From: Planctomycetota bacterium | Lineage (GTDB): Bacteria > Planctomycetota > B15-G4 > SIAN01 | Assembly: GCA_031409275.1 (NCBI GenBank) | Contig: JANNXA010000033.1 | Span: forward strand, 128,001 to 192,000 | Length of the DNA: 64,000 nucleotides | Direction of reading: 5' to 3' | In this document: positions 9,499-17,600 of the stretch, in pieces | How the letters are laid out: each line of letters starts with the position of its first letter | Position numbering within the stretch: position 1 is the first letter of the stretch | Program-made: the position numbers and the translations under genes | The notes under the pieces: model-generated | What the model saw: only the letters and a program-made list of their open reading frames with translations | The model's database searches: none | Told to the model about the DNA's origin: nothing

Positions 9499-11380
9499 GA
9501 CATTCAACTCCGAGCGGAACGTAGTGGATCATCACGCGATCATCGGAGCGTCCACCCGCGACCTTCACCGGCGAATGGCAGGCCGAGCACGCGAGCCGCG
9601 CGTGCACGCCATCGAGCGCGAATCGCGAGTCGCGTTGGTGGTCGAACGTCACCGGAAGCCACCGCTCGTCGGACTGGTGGCAACGGTTGCAATCGTCGCC
9701 CTTGCGCGTGAGCTGGCCTCCGTGCGGATCGGCGTGGCAGCTCTTGCAATCGCGCGGCGTGCCGGCGAATGCCCGAACCGCGGTGTCGTTCGCGCGGTGG
9801 CAATCGTTGCACGCGACGGCGAGGTGCGCACCGGTGAGCGCTGGTTGATGGCGCTGCGCGGTGAAGGTCGATGGCGCGAAATGACGCTCGTCGTGGCAGC
9901 TCGCGCAGCCCCCCGGCCGCGTGCGGAACTGCCCGCCGTGCACGTCGACGTGGCATTGGTCGCAAGCCGTTGGCGTCGCGCGGAAGCGCACGGGCGCACC
10001 CGGTTCGGGTGCACGATGGCACCCATCGCACCCCACGTTGGCATGGGCGCCGAGAAGCTCGGGATGGCGCGCCGCGAAGTCGAAGCGCGACGGCGTGAAG
10101 CGCGACTCGTCGTGGCACGCCTCGCACCCGTCGCCGCGCGCGGCGAACTGGCCACCATGCGGATCGACGTGGCACGCGCTGCAGGTGGTGGGGGTGGCGA
10201 CGAAACGCGCCGGAGCACCTGGTGTCGGCGGCTGATGGCATCGTTCGCAGGCCGCGTCCGCGTGACGAGCGCGCAACGGCGGCGCGTGCGCCGCCGCGGT
10301 GATTCGCGACGGAACGAAGTGGGTCGCGTGGCACTCCGCGCAATCGGATTCACGGGCGCCGAACTGGCCACCGTGCGGCGACTCGTGGCAGGTAGTGCAA
10401 TCGGACGACGCACGTCCGGGGAATCGCTTCGCGAACGGAACCGCCGGATCGTGGCAGGCGCGGCACTCGCGATCGGCATGCGGCGGCGTCAGCGCGAATC
10501 CGAGTTTCGCATGCTCGTCCACGGTGACGCGAGCCGACGCGGCGGCGAAGACGAGGTCGCTCGCATCGTGGCAGGTGGTGCAGCGACCGGCTGGCAGCGC
10601 GCGGTGCGGCGTCGCATGGCACTGCTCGCACGTCGTGCCTCGCACCACGGCGAAGTCGAGTGGGGCGCTGCGCACCATCGTCGCGTCGATCACCGTCGCC
10701 GCCGGTACGACCGCGGATGGATGGCACTTCGCGCAGCTCACCTGCGCGTGAGCTCCAAGCAGGGGAAAGTGCTGCGCATGCTCGAACGCCGCGGCCGGCT
10801 TGAAGCTCTCCTGCCCATGGCAAGCGCCGCAGTCATTGCTCATCGCGTCGCCGTGCGGGTCGTCGTGGCAGCTCGCGCACGCCTGCGTGAGCCCGAGGTA
10901 GGTGCGTCGCGTCGAAGCGATCGCGAGGCGATCAGCGGTCCCGTCGGGCAGCATCGCGACGTGACAGCGCGCGCAGTCGAGCGGCTGGTGGGCGCCGGTC
11001 AGCTTGAAGTCGAGGTGGCGGTGGGCATTCGCCGACGCGGATCCCTCGCCCCAGGAGTGCTCATGGACCAGCGGGAAGTCGGCACCCCAGTGCTCGCCGT
11101 GGCATCCGCCGCAATCGAGCGGCCGCTCGGCGGCGAGTGAGCCGTGCCAACCGGTGCCGCTCGACAACTGCGCGGCGATCTCGGCGTGGCAGGAGGTGCA
11201 GCCATCGACCGCGCCGACGTGCGCGTGGCATCGTTCGCAACCGTCGAGTCCATGCAACTCGGGCAAGGCAGCGTGAACCGCGGAGAGATCGCCGGGGCTA
11301 GGCGCCACGCGGGCGAGGTTGATGGCCAGCGCAAGGACGGTGAGGCCAAGGAGCGTGAAGACGATGGCACGCGCGCTCAT
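9476..11380 (-). CDS. Multiheme cytochrome c, 23 CxxCH motifs
   Basis: 23 CxxCH counted by hand; ATG 11380 overlaps the upstream TGA; N-terminal hydrophobic segment followed by SPGDLSAVH. Confidence 0.92.
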   Translation of the reverse strand: MSARAIVFTLLGLTVLALAINLARVAPSPGDLSAVHAALPELHGLDGCERCHAHVGAVDGCTSCHAEIAAQLSSGTGWHGSLAAERPLDCGGCHGEHWGADFPLVHEHSWGEGSASANAHRHLDFKLTGAHQPLDCARCHVAMLPDGTADRLAIASTRRTYLGLTQACASCHDDPHGDAMSNDCGACHGQESFKPAAAFEHAQHFPLLGAHAQVSCAKCHPSAVVPAATVIDATMVRSAPLDFAVVRGTTCEQCHATPHRALPAGRCTTCHDASDLVFAAASARVTVDEHAKLGFALTPPHADRECRACHDPAVPFAKRFPGRASSDCTTCHESPHGGQFGARESDCAECHATHFVPSRITAAAHAPPLRARHADAACERCHQPPTPGAPARFVATPTTCSACHVDPHGGQFAARGDGCEACHDESRFTPSRFDFAARHPELLGAHANVGCDGCHRAPEPGAPVRFRATPTACDQCHVDVHGGQFRTRPGGCASCHDERHFAPSTFTAQRHQPALTGAHLAVACNDCHRANDTAVRAFAGTPRDCKSCHADPHGGQLTRKGDDCNRCHQSDERWLPVTFDHQRDSRFALDGVHARLACSACHSPVKVAGGRSDDRVMIHYVPLGVECRDCHTGR

Positions 11381-12333
11381 CGCCACCACCTCGAGAAGTC
11401 GAGCGAGCCCCAGCGCACCGCGAGTGCGATGTGGCAGATCGCCGTCCCCACCATCACCAGAGCCAGCCAGCGGTGGAGGAAGCGCCACGAAGCCATCAGG
11501 GCCGAGAGGTCACGCAGGCGCGCCAGTCGCTGCGCCTCGCGCAGGATCGTGGCCAGCAGCGGCTCGATGCGGCGCCGCACGGCCGGGTCGGGTGACCGTT
11601 CACGCAACAGCTCGCGGTAGCGCGCATGGGCGGCGCGCGCGTTCGCGTCGCCGAAGAGGACGCCGAAGAGCGCGCGCAGGCGCGACGGCGAGCCCTGCGT
11701 CTCCGCCGGAAGCAGCTCGAGCGGCGGCAGACCGAGACCCGTGAGCTGGGTACGAAGCTGCGTGAAGCGGGAATGGGCCTCGTCCAGCGAAAGCTCGCGC
11801 CCCTCGCGCGTGCGGGGCAGCTGGGCGAGGACGTAGCGGCCGATGATGCCGGTCGCGAGCACCACGCCGAGCGCCACGCTCGCGACCGTGGCGGAGGCGC
11901 TGCGCAGGTGACCGGCCGCGTGCACCAGCACGCAGCCTCCCGCGAGTAGCCCCGATACGACATGGAGGTCCATCCAGCCGCGCAGGCCGCCGAGCCGCGT
12001 GCTGGCGACGAGGCGTCGACGCACGAGGTAGGCGAGGTTGATCCCCATCAGTGCGACCGCGGCGACTCCAAGCGCGAGGCCGACGTCGCCGCTCGATCGC
12101 AGGCGCGGGTGGCGCGGATCGAGGGCTTGTGCGGTCAGGGGCGCCGTGTAGTAGCTGCATTCCGTGCACAGGAGTTGCACGAGGAAGCCGATGCCCGCCA
12201 GCAGTGCCAGCGGCGCCCACCAGGCGGTGCGCAGTCGATTCGCTGGATCGTTCTGCTGGATCACCGGGTCACGAACTCCGCCGCGCCGTCCAGGAAGTGG
12301 AATGGGCGTCGGACGGACGGACGCCGCGTTCAC
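11377..12333 (-). CDS. Integral membrane protein, ferric-reductase/cytochrome-b-like transmembrane domain
   Basis: Several TM helices carrying paired His (WMDLHVVSGL...VLVH; WRFLHRWLA...ICHIA). Start codon uncertain. Confidence 0.75.
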   Translation of the reverse strand: MNAASVRPTPIPLPGRRGGVRDPVIQQNDPANRLRTAWWAPLALLAGIGFLVQLLCTECSYYTAPLTAQALDPRHPRLRSSGDVGLALGVAAVALMGINLAYLVRRRLVASTRLGGLRGWMDLHVVSGLLAGGCVLVHAAGHLRSASATVASVALGVVLATGIIGRYVLAQLPRTREGRELSLDEAHSRFTQLRTQLTGLGLPPLELLPAETQGSPSRLRALFGVLFGDANARAAHARYRELLRERSPDPAVRRRIEPLLATILREAQRLARLRDLSALMASWRFLHRWLALVMVGTAICHIALAVRWGSLDFSRWWR

Positions 12334-12396
12334 CCCCGATCATCGATCGATGGCGAACGCGCGCCGATCAACGCAGTCGGCGTACCAACCGCTCGG

Positions 12397-15300
12397 TCAG
12401 CGGCCGGGGGTGAACTCGCGCAGGCGCAGCTGGCGCAGTTCGACGCGACTGCCATCGCCGAGCACGAATCCGAACGTCCCGTTGCGGCGACCGTCGTGGT
12501 CCTCCGTGTCGACCGTGACGGAACCATTCAGCTGGACGGTCAGGCGCGGGCCGACGGCGGTGACGAGGAAGTGGTTCCAGCCGGTGCGATCCGGCAACGG
12601 CCACCAGATCTCTTCGCGCGGTTGCACGAGGACGCCGCGACCCTCGGGCTCGGTCAGGCGGCCCCAGGCCGAACCTCCGGCATAGGTGGCGTAGGAGAGC
12701 GGCGCGCGCGAGTCGACTCCGTCACGGAGCGGCTCGGCCTGGCGGAACAGGAATCCGAGCGATTGGGTCGGAGATCCAAGTCGCGCCTCGAACTCGAACG
12801 CGAAGTCGCCGACCGTCGGCGCTAGCCCCGTCCAGCCGTTGACGTCGTTGTCGGCGGCGACGAGCACTCCGTCGACCAGGCTCCATCCTTGCGGCACCTG
12901 TGGCGCGATTCCGTCGAGGAAGGGCCGCCAGCTCGGCTGTGCCGCCGCCGGCTCGATCGTCGGCGCCAGCAGCCACGCGGCGAGATCGCTGATCTGCTCC
13001 AACGAAAGGGCATCCGCGAGCCCTTCGGGCATGATCGACTTGGTGGCCGGCTTGCGCTTCTCGATCTGCGCGGCGAGCACCTCGACCTGCTTGCCGGTCG
13101 CATCGACCAGCACGACCCGTTTGTCGTCGGCGATCAACGGCAGGCCCGAGATCACGTCTCCGTTCTTGAGGAAGACGTTCTCGCCGCGGTACTGATCGGA
13201 GATCGTGCGCGAGGGCGTGACCATCGACTCGAGCAGGTCGCGGGCGCCGAAACGCGAACCGATGGTGGTGAGATCGGGGCCCACCGCGACGCCGAAGTCG
13301 CCGCGCTTGTGGCACTTGGCGCAGAGCTGCTGGTAGAGCAGCGCGCCGTCAGGCGGCGAGCGGTGCGGGGCGTGCAACGTGCGCTCGACGAAAGTGAGGA
13401 CGCGATCGAACTCGCGCGGCTCCGCGGCGGAGGCGGGCGCGGCCGGTGCCGACGCCGCCGCCTTGATCCGCTCGGCCGCCTCCTGATCGAGCGCCGTCCG
13501 CTCGCTGTCACTGAGTCCGACGTCCGCATCGTCGCGGATGTTGGTCAGGTAACCGACGTAGCTCATGCCGCCGGAGTTGGCGCGGATCGCCTCATCGAGC
13601 CAACGGTGCAGTTCGACGCGCGCGCCTGCGGGCCACCCCTCCTTCACGCAGCGCAGCGCATCGGCGTAGAGGATCTTCTGCTCGCGCGACGGCTCGAGGA
13701 CGAAGGTGCGCCACAGCAGTTCGGCCGCGCCTTTCGGGGCGGCATTCGCGATCAGCTGGGCCCAGTCGCGATTCGCGGCCGGATCGACGCATGGGAAGCC
13801 GGTGAGGAGTTGCTCGCCGGCGAACTTGGCGTCAGGCGCGGCGATCCGCCAGAGCTGCAGCGCGCGCAGCACGGCGTGACGGAGCTCGCGCGGCGATTCG
13901 CTGTCGAGCGAGCCCAGCAGCACGACGCCGAGCTGCAGCACGACGGCGGCATCGGTGTCGTCGACCGGCGCGCGTCCGACCAGCCGCATGCGCGCCAGCG
14001 CGATCATGCTCTCGGCCTGCGCCATGGGCGACTTCGCCGCGGCGAGGGTCGCGGCCACTTCGCCGGCGGGTCGCCGCTCGAGTTCGCGCGCGGCGAGGAA
14101 GCGCCGGAAGCGGTCGGGCGAGGCGAGTTCGGTCGCAAGCGCGGCGACGGGTGCGCTGTGCAGTTTCTGAGCCAGGCTGGTGGCGGTGTCGCGGTCGGCA
14201 GCGGGAGCGACGGCCGGGGTCGCGGCAACGGGCAGCTCGCTCGCCGCAGGATCGACGCAACGCAGACGGTGGACGCCGCCGACCGTGCCACGACCGCCGA
14301 CCGCGAAGAGGAGCGAACCATCCGCGTCCATCGCGAGGTCGGTGACATTCAGCGGGTGACCGCGCAGGAGGACATCCGTGCTGGCGGTGTAGCTCACGCC
14401 GCGCGGCGTCGCGCGGAAGGCGTAGATCACTCCCAGCGACCAGTCTCCGGCGAGAAGAGCGCCCTGGAAGCGTCGCGGAAACTGCGTGCCCGTGACCAGG
14501 CACATGCCCGTCGGCGAACCGCGACCCGCTTCGACCGCGGGCGGCAACGAATCGGCGGCCACGTTCGGCCACACGCTCGAACCGGTCCTCCAGCCGTATT
14601 CACCGCCCGGCACGACGTGGACGATGCGGACCGGTCGGTACCACGGCAGCCCGACGTCCCACTCCATGTCGGAGTCGAAGGTGAAGAGCTCGCCACGCGC
14701 GTCGAACGCGAGGTCGTAGTGGTTGCGGAAGCCGGCGGCGAAGAGTTCGCAGCGGCCGCTCTCCGGTTCGACGCGAAGGATGATGCCGCCGGGTGCCTTG
14801 CACTCGGTGGCGTGGCCACGCGGATCGAGATAGGTCGGCAGCAGATGCCCTTCGTAGGTGATCGAGTAGGGCGATCCCGCCGCGGGTGGCTGGCCGAGGC
14901 GCGCGTGGTTGCCGACGGCGATGTAGAGCGCGCCGTCGGGGCCGGGCACGATCGCATGCGGGCCGTGCTCGCCGAGGTCGCCATCGAGAGCGACGACCTT
15001 GATCGGCGCGGTCGCACCTTCGGGGAGGCGATAGAGGCCGTGGCCGTTGGGCCCGGCTCCGGTGAACCAGGTCGTGCCGTCCTGCCAGTACATCCCCTGG
15101 CAGCCTTGGATCGCGGCCGTGAACGGCGTGATCTCCTCGGCGCGTCCATCGCCATCGGCATCGACGAGCGAGAAGATCGGCCCGCCCTCGACGTTCGCCA
15201 GCAGTCGCCGCGGACCCGCGGTGGTCAGCGCGACGACGGAGCCGAAGCCGTCGGCGACCGTCTCGATCACGAAGCCGGGCAGCGGATCGAAGCTCGGAGC

Positions 15301-15876
15301 CGGCGGGGCGTGGAGTTCACCCCACGGAGCGGCGCCGTAGGGGGCGACGACGCGCGCGCGCGCCGCGTCGGCCGCCATCGGCGCGCTGGCGGTGTCGGGG
15401 TCATACGGACGGCAGAGCCACGCCTCGTCGGACACCACGACCGGGCGGGTGCCGTCGGCACAGCGGACCTCGACGGCCAGCAAGAAGCCGGCGGGACCGC
15501 CCTCGTTGGCGACGCGCGCGACGAACTCGTTGCGGCCGCGGCGCAGCAGCTCCGTGACGTCGAGCGTCGTCAAGCGCGACCAGTCGTCGCCACGTCCAGC
15601 GACGGTCCCATTCACGCTCAGCCGAAAGCGGTTGTCGCTCGAGACGGCGACCAGCGCGCGCGTCGGCTCGGAGCCGAGCTCGAACGTGCGCGTGAGGAGC
15701 CACTCGTCCTTGCCGTCCGCGGTGGCCTTTGCATCGCCCCAGATCCAGCGTGCTTGCGCGAGTGGTGCGTTCTGGCCGGTGAGTCGCGTTGCGACGCCGA
15801 GCAGCGCGAGTGCGGTCAGCACGTGGACGAAGGCGGCGTGGTGGCGTCGGGGCGAACGGTGGAGGTGCGTTTCCAT
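12397..15876 (-). CDS. PVC-type membrane-bound dehydrogenase / heme-binding CxxCH protein with N-terminal glycosidase-like beta-sandwich and C-terminal DUF1080-like domain
   Basis: GEHGPHAI, GFRNHYD, DSDMEWD..PWYRP, GRGSPTG; CAKCH...GPDLT; SIMPEGL; C-terminal WNHFLVTAVG..VQLNG. Confidence 0.85.
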   Translation of the reverse strand: METHLHRSPRRHHAAFVHVLTALALLGVATRLTGQNAPLAQARWIWGDAKATADGKDEWLLTRTFELGSEPTRALVAVSSDNRFRLSVNGTVAGRGDDWSRLTTLDVTELLRRGRNEFVARVANEGGPAGFLLAVEVRCADGTRPVVVSDEAWLCRPYDPDTASAPMAADAARARVVAPYGAAPWGELHAPPAPSFDPLPGFVIETVADGFGSVVALTTAGPRRLLANVEGGPIFSLVDADGDGRAEEITPFTAAIQGCQGMYWQDGTTWFTGAGPNGHGLYRLPEGATAPIKVVALDGDLGEHGPHAIVPGPDGALYIAVGNHARLGQPPAAGSPYSITYEGHLLPTYLDPRGHATECKAPGGIILRVEPESGRCELFAAGFRNHYDLAFDARGELFTFDSDMEWDVGLPWYRPVRIVHVVPGGEYGWRTGSSVWPNVAADSLPPAVEAGRGSPTGMCLVTGTQFPRRFQGALLAGDWSLGVIYAFRATPRGVSYTASTDVLLRGHPLNVTDLAMDADGSLLFAVGGRGTVGGVHRLRCVDPAASELPVAATPAVAPAADRDTATSLAQKLHSAPVAALATELASPDRFRRFLAARELERRPAGEVAATLAAAKSPMAQAESMIALARMRLVGRAPVDDTDAAVVLQLGVVLLGSLDSESPRELRHAVLRALQLWRIAAPDAKFAGEQLLTGFPCVDPAANRDWAQLIANAAPKGAAELLWRTFVLEPSREQKILYADALRCVKEGWPAGARVELHRWLDEAIRANSGGMSYVGYLTNIRDDADVGLSDSERTALDQEAAERIKAAASAPAAPASAAEPREFDRVLTFVERTLHAPHRSPPDGALLYQQLCAKCHKRGDFGVAVGPDLTTIGSRFGARDLLESMVTPSRTISDQYRGENVFLKNGDVISGLPLIADDKRVVLVDATGKQVEVLAAQIEKRKPATKSIMPEGLADALSLEQISDLAAWLLAPTIEPAAAQPSWRPFLDGIAPQVPQGWSLVDGVLVAADNDVNGWTGLAPTVGDFAFEFEARLGSPTQSLGFLFRQAEPLRDGVDSRAPLSYATYAGGSAWGRLTEPEGRGVLVQPREEIWWPLPDRTGWNHFLVTAVGPRLTVQLNGSVTVDTEDHDGRRNGTFGFVLGDGSRVELRQLRLREFTPGR

Positions 15877-15895
15877 GGGGCGCTATCTTGCCGCG

Positions 15896-16450
15896 ATGCT
15901 CGACGCCGTCACGATTTTTTGCGGCTCTCGCGTCGGAAGTGACCCGCGCTATGCCGCGGCGGCGCGGGAGCTCGGACGGGCACTCGCGCGACGCGGCACC
16001 ACCCTCGTCTGGGGGGCGGGCCGGGTCGGGTTGATGGGCGAGGTGGCCGACGCCGCTCTCGCCGAAGGCGGGCGCGTCCACGGCGTGATCCCGACCTTCC
16101 TGCGAACCGAGGAACTCGTGCACCCGCGGCTTGGGCCGACCGAACTCACCGTCACGGAGACGTTGTTCGAGCGCAAGCGCCAGCTGATCGAGCGCGCCCA
16201 GGCATTCGTGGTGCTTCCCGGGGGGCTGGGGACGCTCGACGAACTGTTCGAGGTGATGACGTTGCGACAGCTCGGCCGTGGCGCTGGACGCTGCGGAGTG
16301 CTGAACGTGGCCGGCTTCTTCGATCCGCTGCTCGCGCACCTGTCCCACACGGTCGCCGCCGGCTTCGTCGACGCGCGCCATCTCAGCGACCTCGTCGTCG
16401 AACGCGAGGTGGAGCCGCTGCTCCGCGCGTTGGAATCCGCGACGAGCTGA
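15896..16450 (+). CDS. LOG-family (TIGR00730) nucleotide phosphoribohydrolase
   Basis: VTIFCGS, WGAGRVGLMG, VLPGGLGTLDELFE (PGGxGTxxE motif). Confidence 0.92.
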   Translation: MLDAVTIFCGSRVGSDPRYAAAARELGRALARRGTTLVWGAGRVGLMGEVADAALAEGGRVHGVIPTFLRTEELVHPRLGPTELTVTETLFERKRQLIERAQAFVVLPGGLGTLDELFEVMTLRQLGRGAGRCGVLNVAGFFDPLLAHLSHTVAAGFVDARHLSDLVVEREVEPLLRALESATS

Positions 16451-16455
16451 GGGCC

Positions 16456-16496
16456 AAAACGAACAGGCTGGCACGCTTGCGCGCACCAGCCCGTCC
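16456..16496 (-). terminator. Intrinsic terminator of the RRM gene
   Basis: Minus strand: 16-bp stem (with G-U pairs) GGACGGGCUGGUGCGC-GCAA-GCGUGCCAGCCUGUUC followed by GUUUU; lies between convergent genes. Confidence 0.75.
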
Positions 16497-16533
16497 GAGG
16501 ATTACGTCGAGTCAGCTTTCGCTGCAGTCGATC

Positions 16534-16980
16534 TCAGTAGCGATCGCCGCCACGGCCACCGCCGCCGCCGCCGCCGCCGAAGCCGCCACGGCTTCCGCCG
16601 CCGCCGCCGAAGCCGCCGCGACCGCCGCCGCCGCCGCCGCCGCCGTAACCACCACCGCCGCCGCCGCCGCCGAAGCCGCCGCCGCTGCCACCGCTACCGC
16701 CGGTGCGCGGACGGAAGCCACCCGGACGCTCTTCGCGCGGCTTGGCCTCGTTGACCGTCAAAGGACGGCCATTCATCTTCTGGCCGTTCAGCGCCGCGAT
16801 CGCGGCCTTGGCCTCATCGTCCGTGCCCATTTCCACGAAACCAAAGCCCTTCGAGCGGCCGGTCTCGCGGTCCATGATCACGTCCGCGCTCTTCACACCG
16901 CCGTGAGCCGAGAACATGTCGTTCAGCTCCTGGCTGGTGGTGGAGTACGGCAGATTGCCGACATACAACTTCGTGCCCAT
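16534..16980 (-). CDS. RRM RNA-binding protein with glycine-rich tail
   Basis: RNP2 KLYVGNL and RNP1 KGFGFVEM; LTVNEAKPRE; Gly-rich C-terminus containing RGG/GGY. Confidence 0.96.
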   Translation of the reverse strand: MGTKLYVGNLPYSTTSQELNDMFSAHGGVKSADVIMDRETGRSKGFGFVEMGTDDEAKAAIAALNGQKMNGRPLTVNEAKPREERPGGFRPRTGGSGGSGGGFGGGGGGGGYGGGGGGGGRGGFGGGGGSRGGFGGGGGGGGRGGDRY

Positions 16981-17507
16981 TCTCAATCTCCGGTCAACGG
17001 ACAGCAGCGCGGGCTGGGCAGCCAGCTCTGCAATTCCTGGCGGCCACTCTTGTGGCCATTCATTCAAGAAACCCAACGGGCAATCGGATGAGACCGCACG
17101 AGGGCAGATTGCTCTGCCATCGACTCATCGCGAGGCGTTCCGACGGAACGAAGCCGCGCGTTCACGGGGAAGGACGACATCTGGGGCGCGTGGTGACACT
17201 CGCGGCGACGAAGAACCCGTCGCGCGCACCCCACCCTGTCCAAGACGAAATCGGTCGACCGCAATCGCAAGACCTTGAAACCGTCAGGCACCAGCCCGAC
17301 GCCGGGGGACGATAGCAGCGTGTTCTCTTGCAGGGGAAGGGGGAAAATCGCGCGCGCTTCGTGAATGGCGCCATTCGAACGGGCGTCCGCGGCCATTCGC
17401 GGGTCCTCCCGCTCGCAGTGCCGCGACCCGTGGAACGGAACGCGCCTCGGGTCGCGGAGGCGACCGATCGAAGGCGGCCTTGGTCCCCGATCGAGACTTC
17501 AGAACAT

Positions 17508-17540
17508 GACATAAGTACTTATTCAAAATGTACTTATGTC
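17508..17540. promoter_or_regulatory. AT-rich perfect inverted repeat GACATAAGTAC-N11-GTACTTATGTC
   Basis: Two perfect 11-bp arms in an intergenic AT-rich patch of a GC-rich genome. Function not determined. Confidence 0.55.
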
Positions 17541-17600
17541 GATTCTTGAGGACCCGAAAGACGGCGGCGAGCGCTTCCTTTTCGCGCCGGTCGACGGCCG

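Noticed and set aside
12150..12175. CTEC motif in the cytochrome-b-like protein
   Set aside because: It has no following His, so it is not a c-heme attachment site.
12889..15942. Very long opposite-strand or alternative-frame ORFs (e.g. 12889-15942 +, 22300-26112 +, 45868-49116 +, most of 51975-55313 -, 59073-61769 -)
   Set aside because: These are shadow ORFs of real genes, expected at high GC. They are Arg/Ala-rich with no motifs.
16469..16482. TGGCAC..TTGC sigma-54-like motif
   Set aside because: The spacing is wrong (2 nt instead of 5), and it is part of the terminator hairpin.
16548..16705. (GCC)n microsatellite-like tract and the poly-Ala ORF 16477-17091
   Set aside because: It is the antisense of the Gly-rich tail of the RRM protein, not an independent repeat or gene.
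17517..17544. Possible dif (XerC/D) site
   Set aside because: TTATGTCGATT resembles a XerD arm, but the symmetry is 11-11-11 rather than 11-6-11 and the XerC-side arm is poor. Kept only as an unexplained palindrome.
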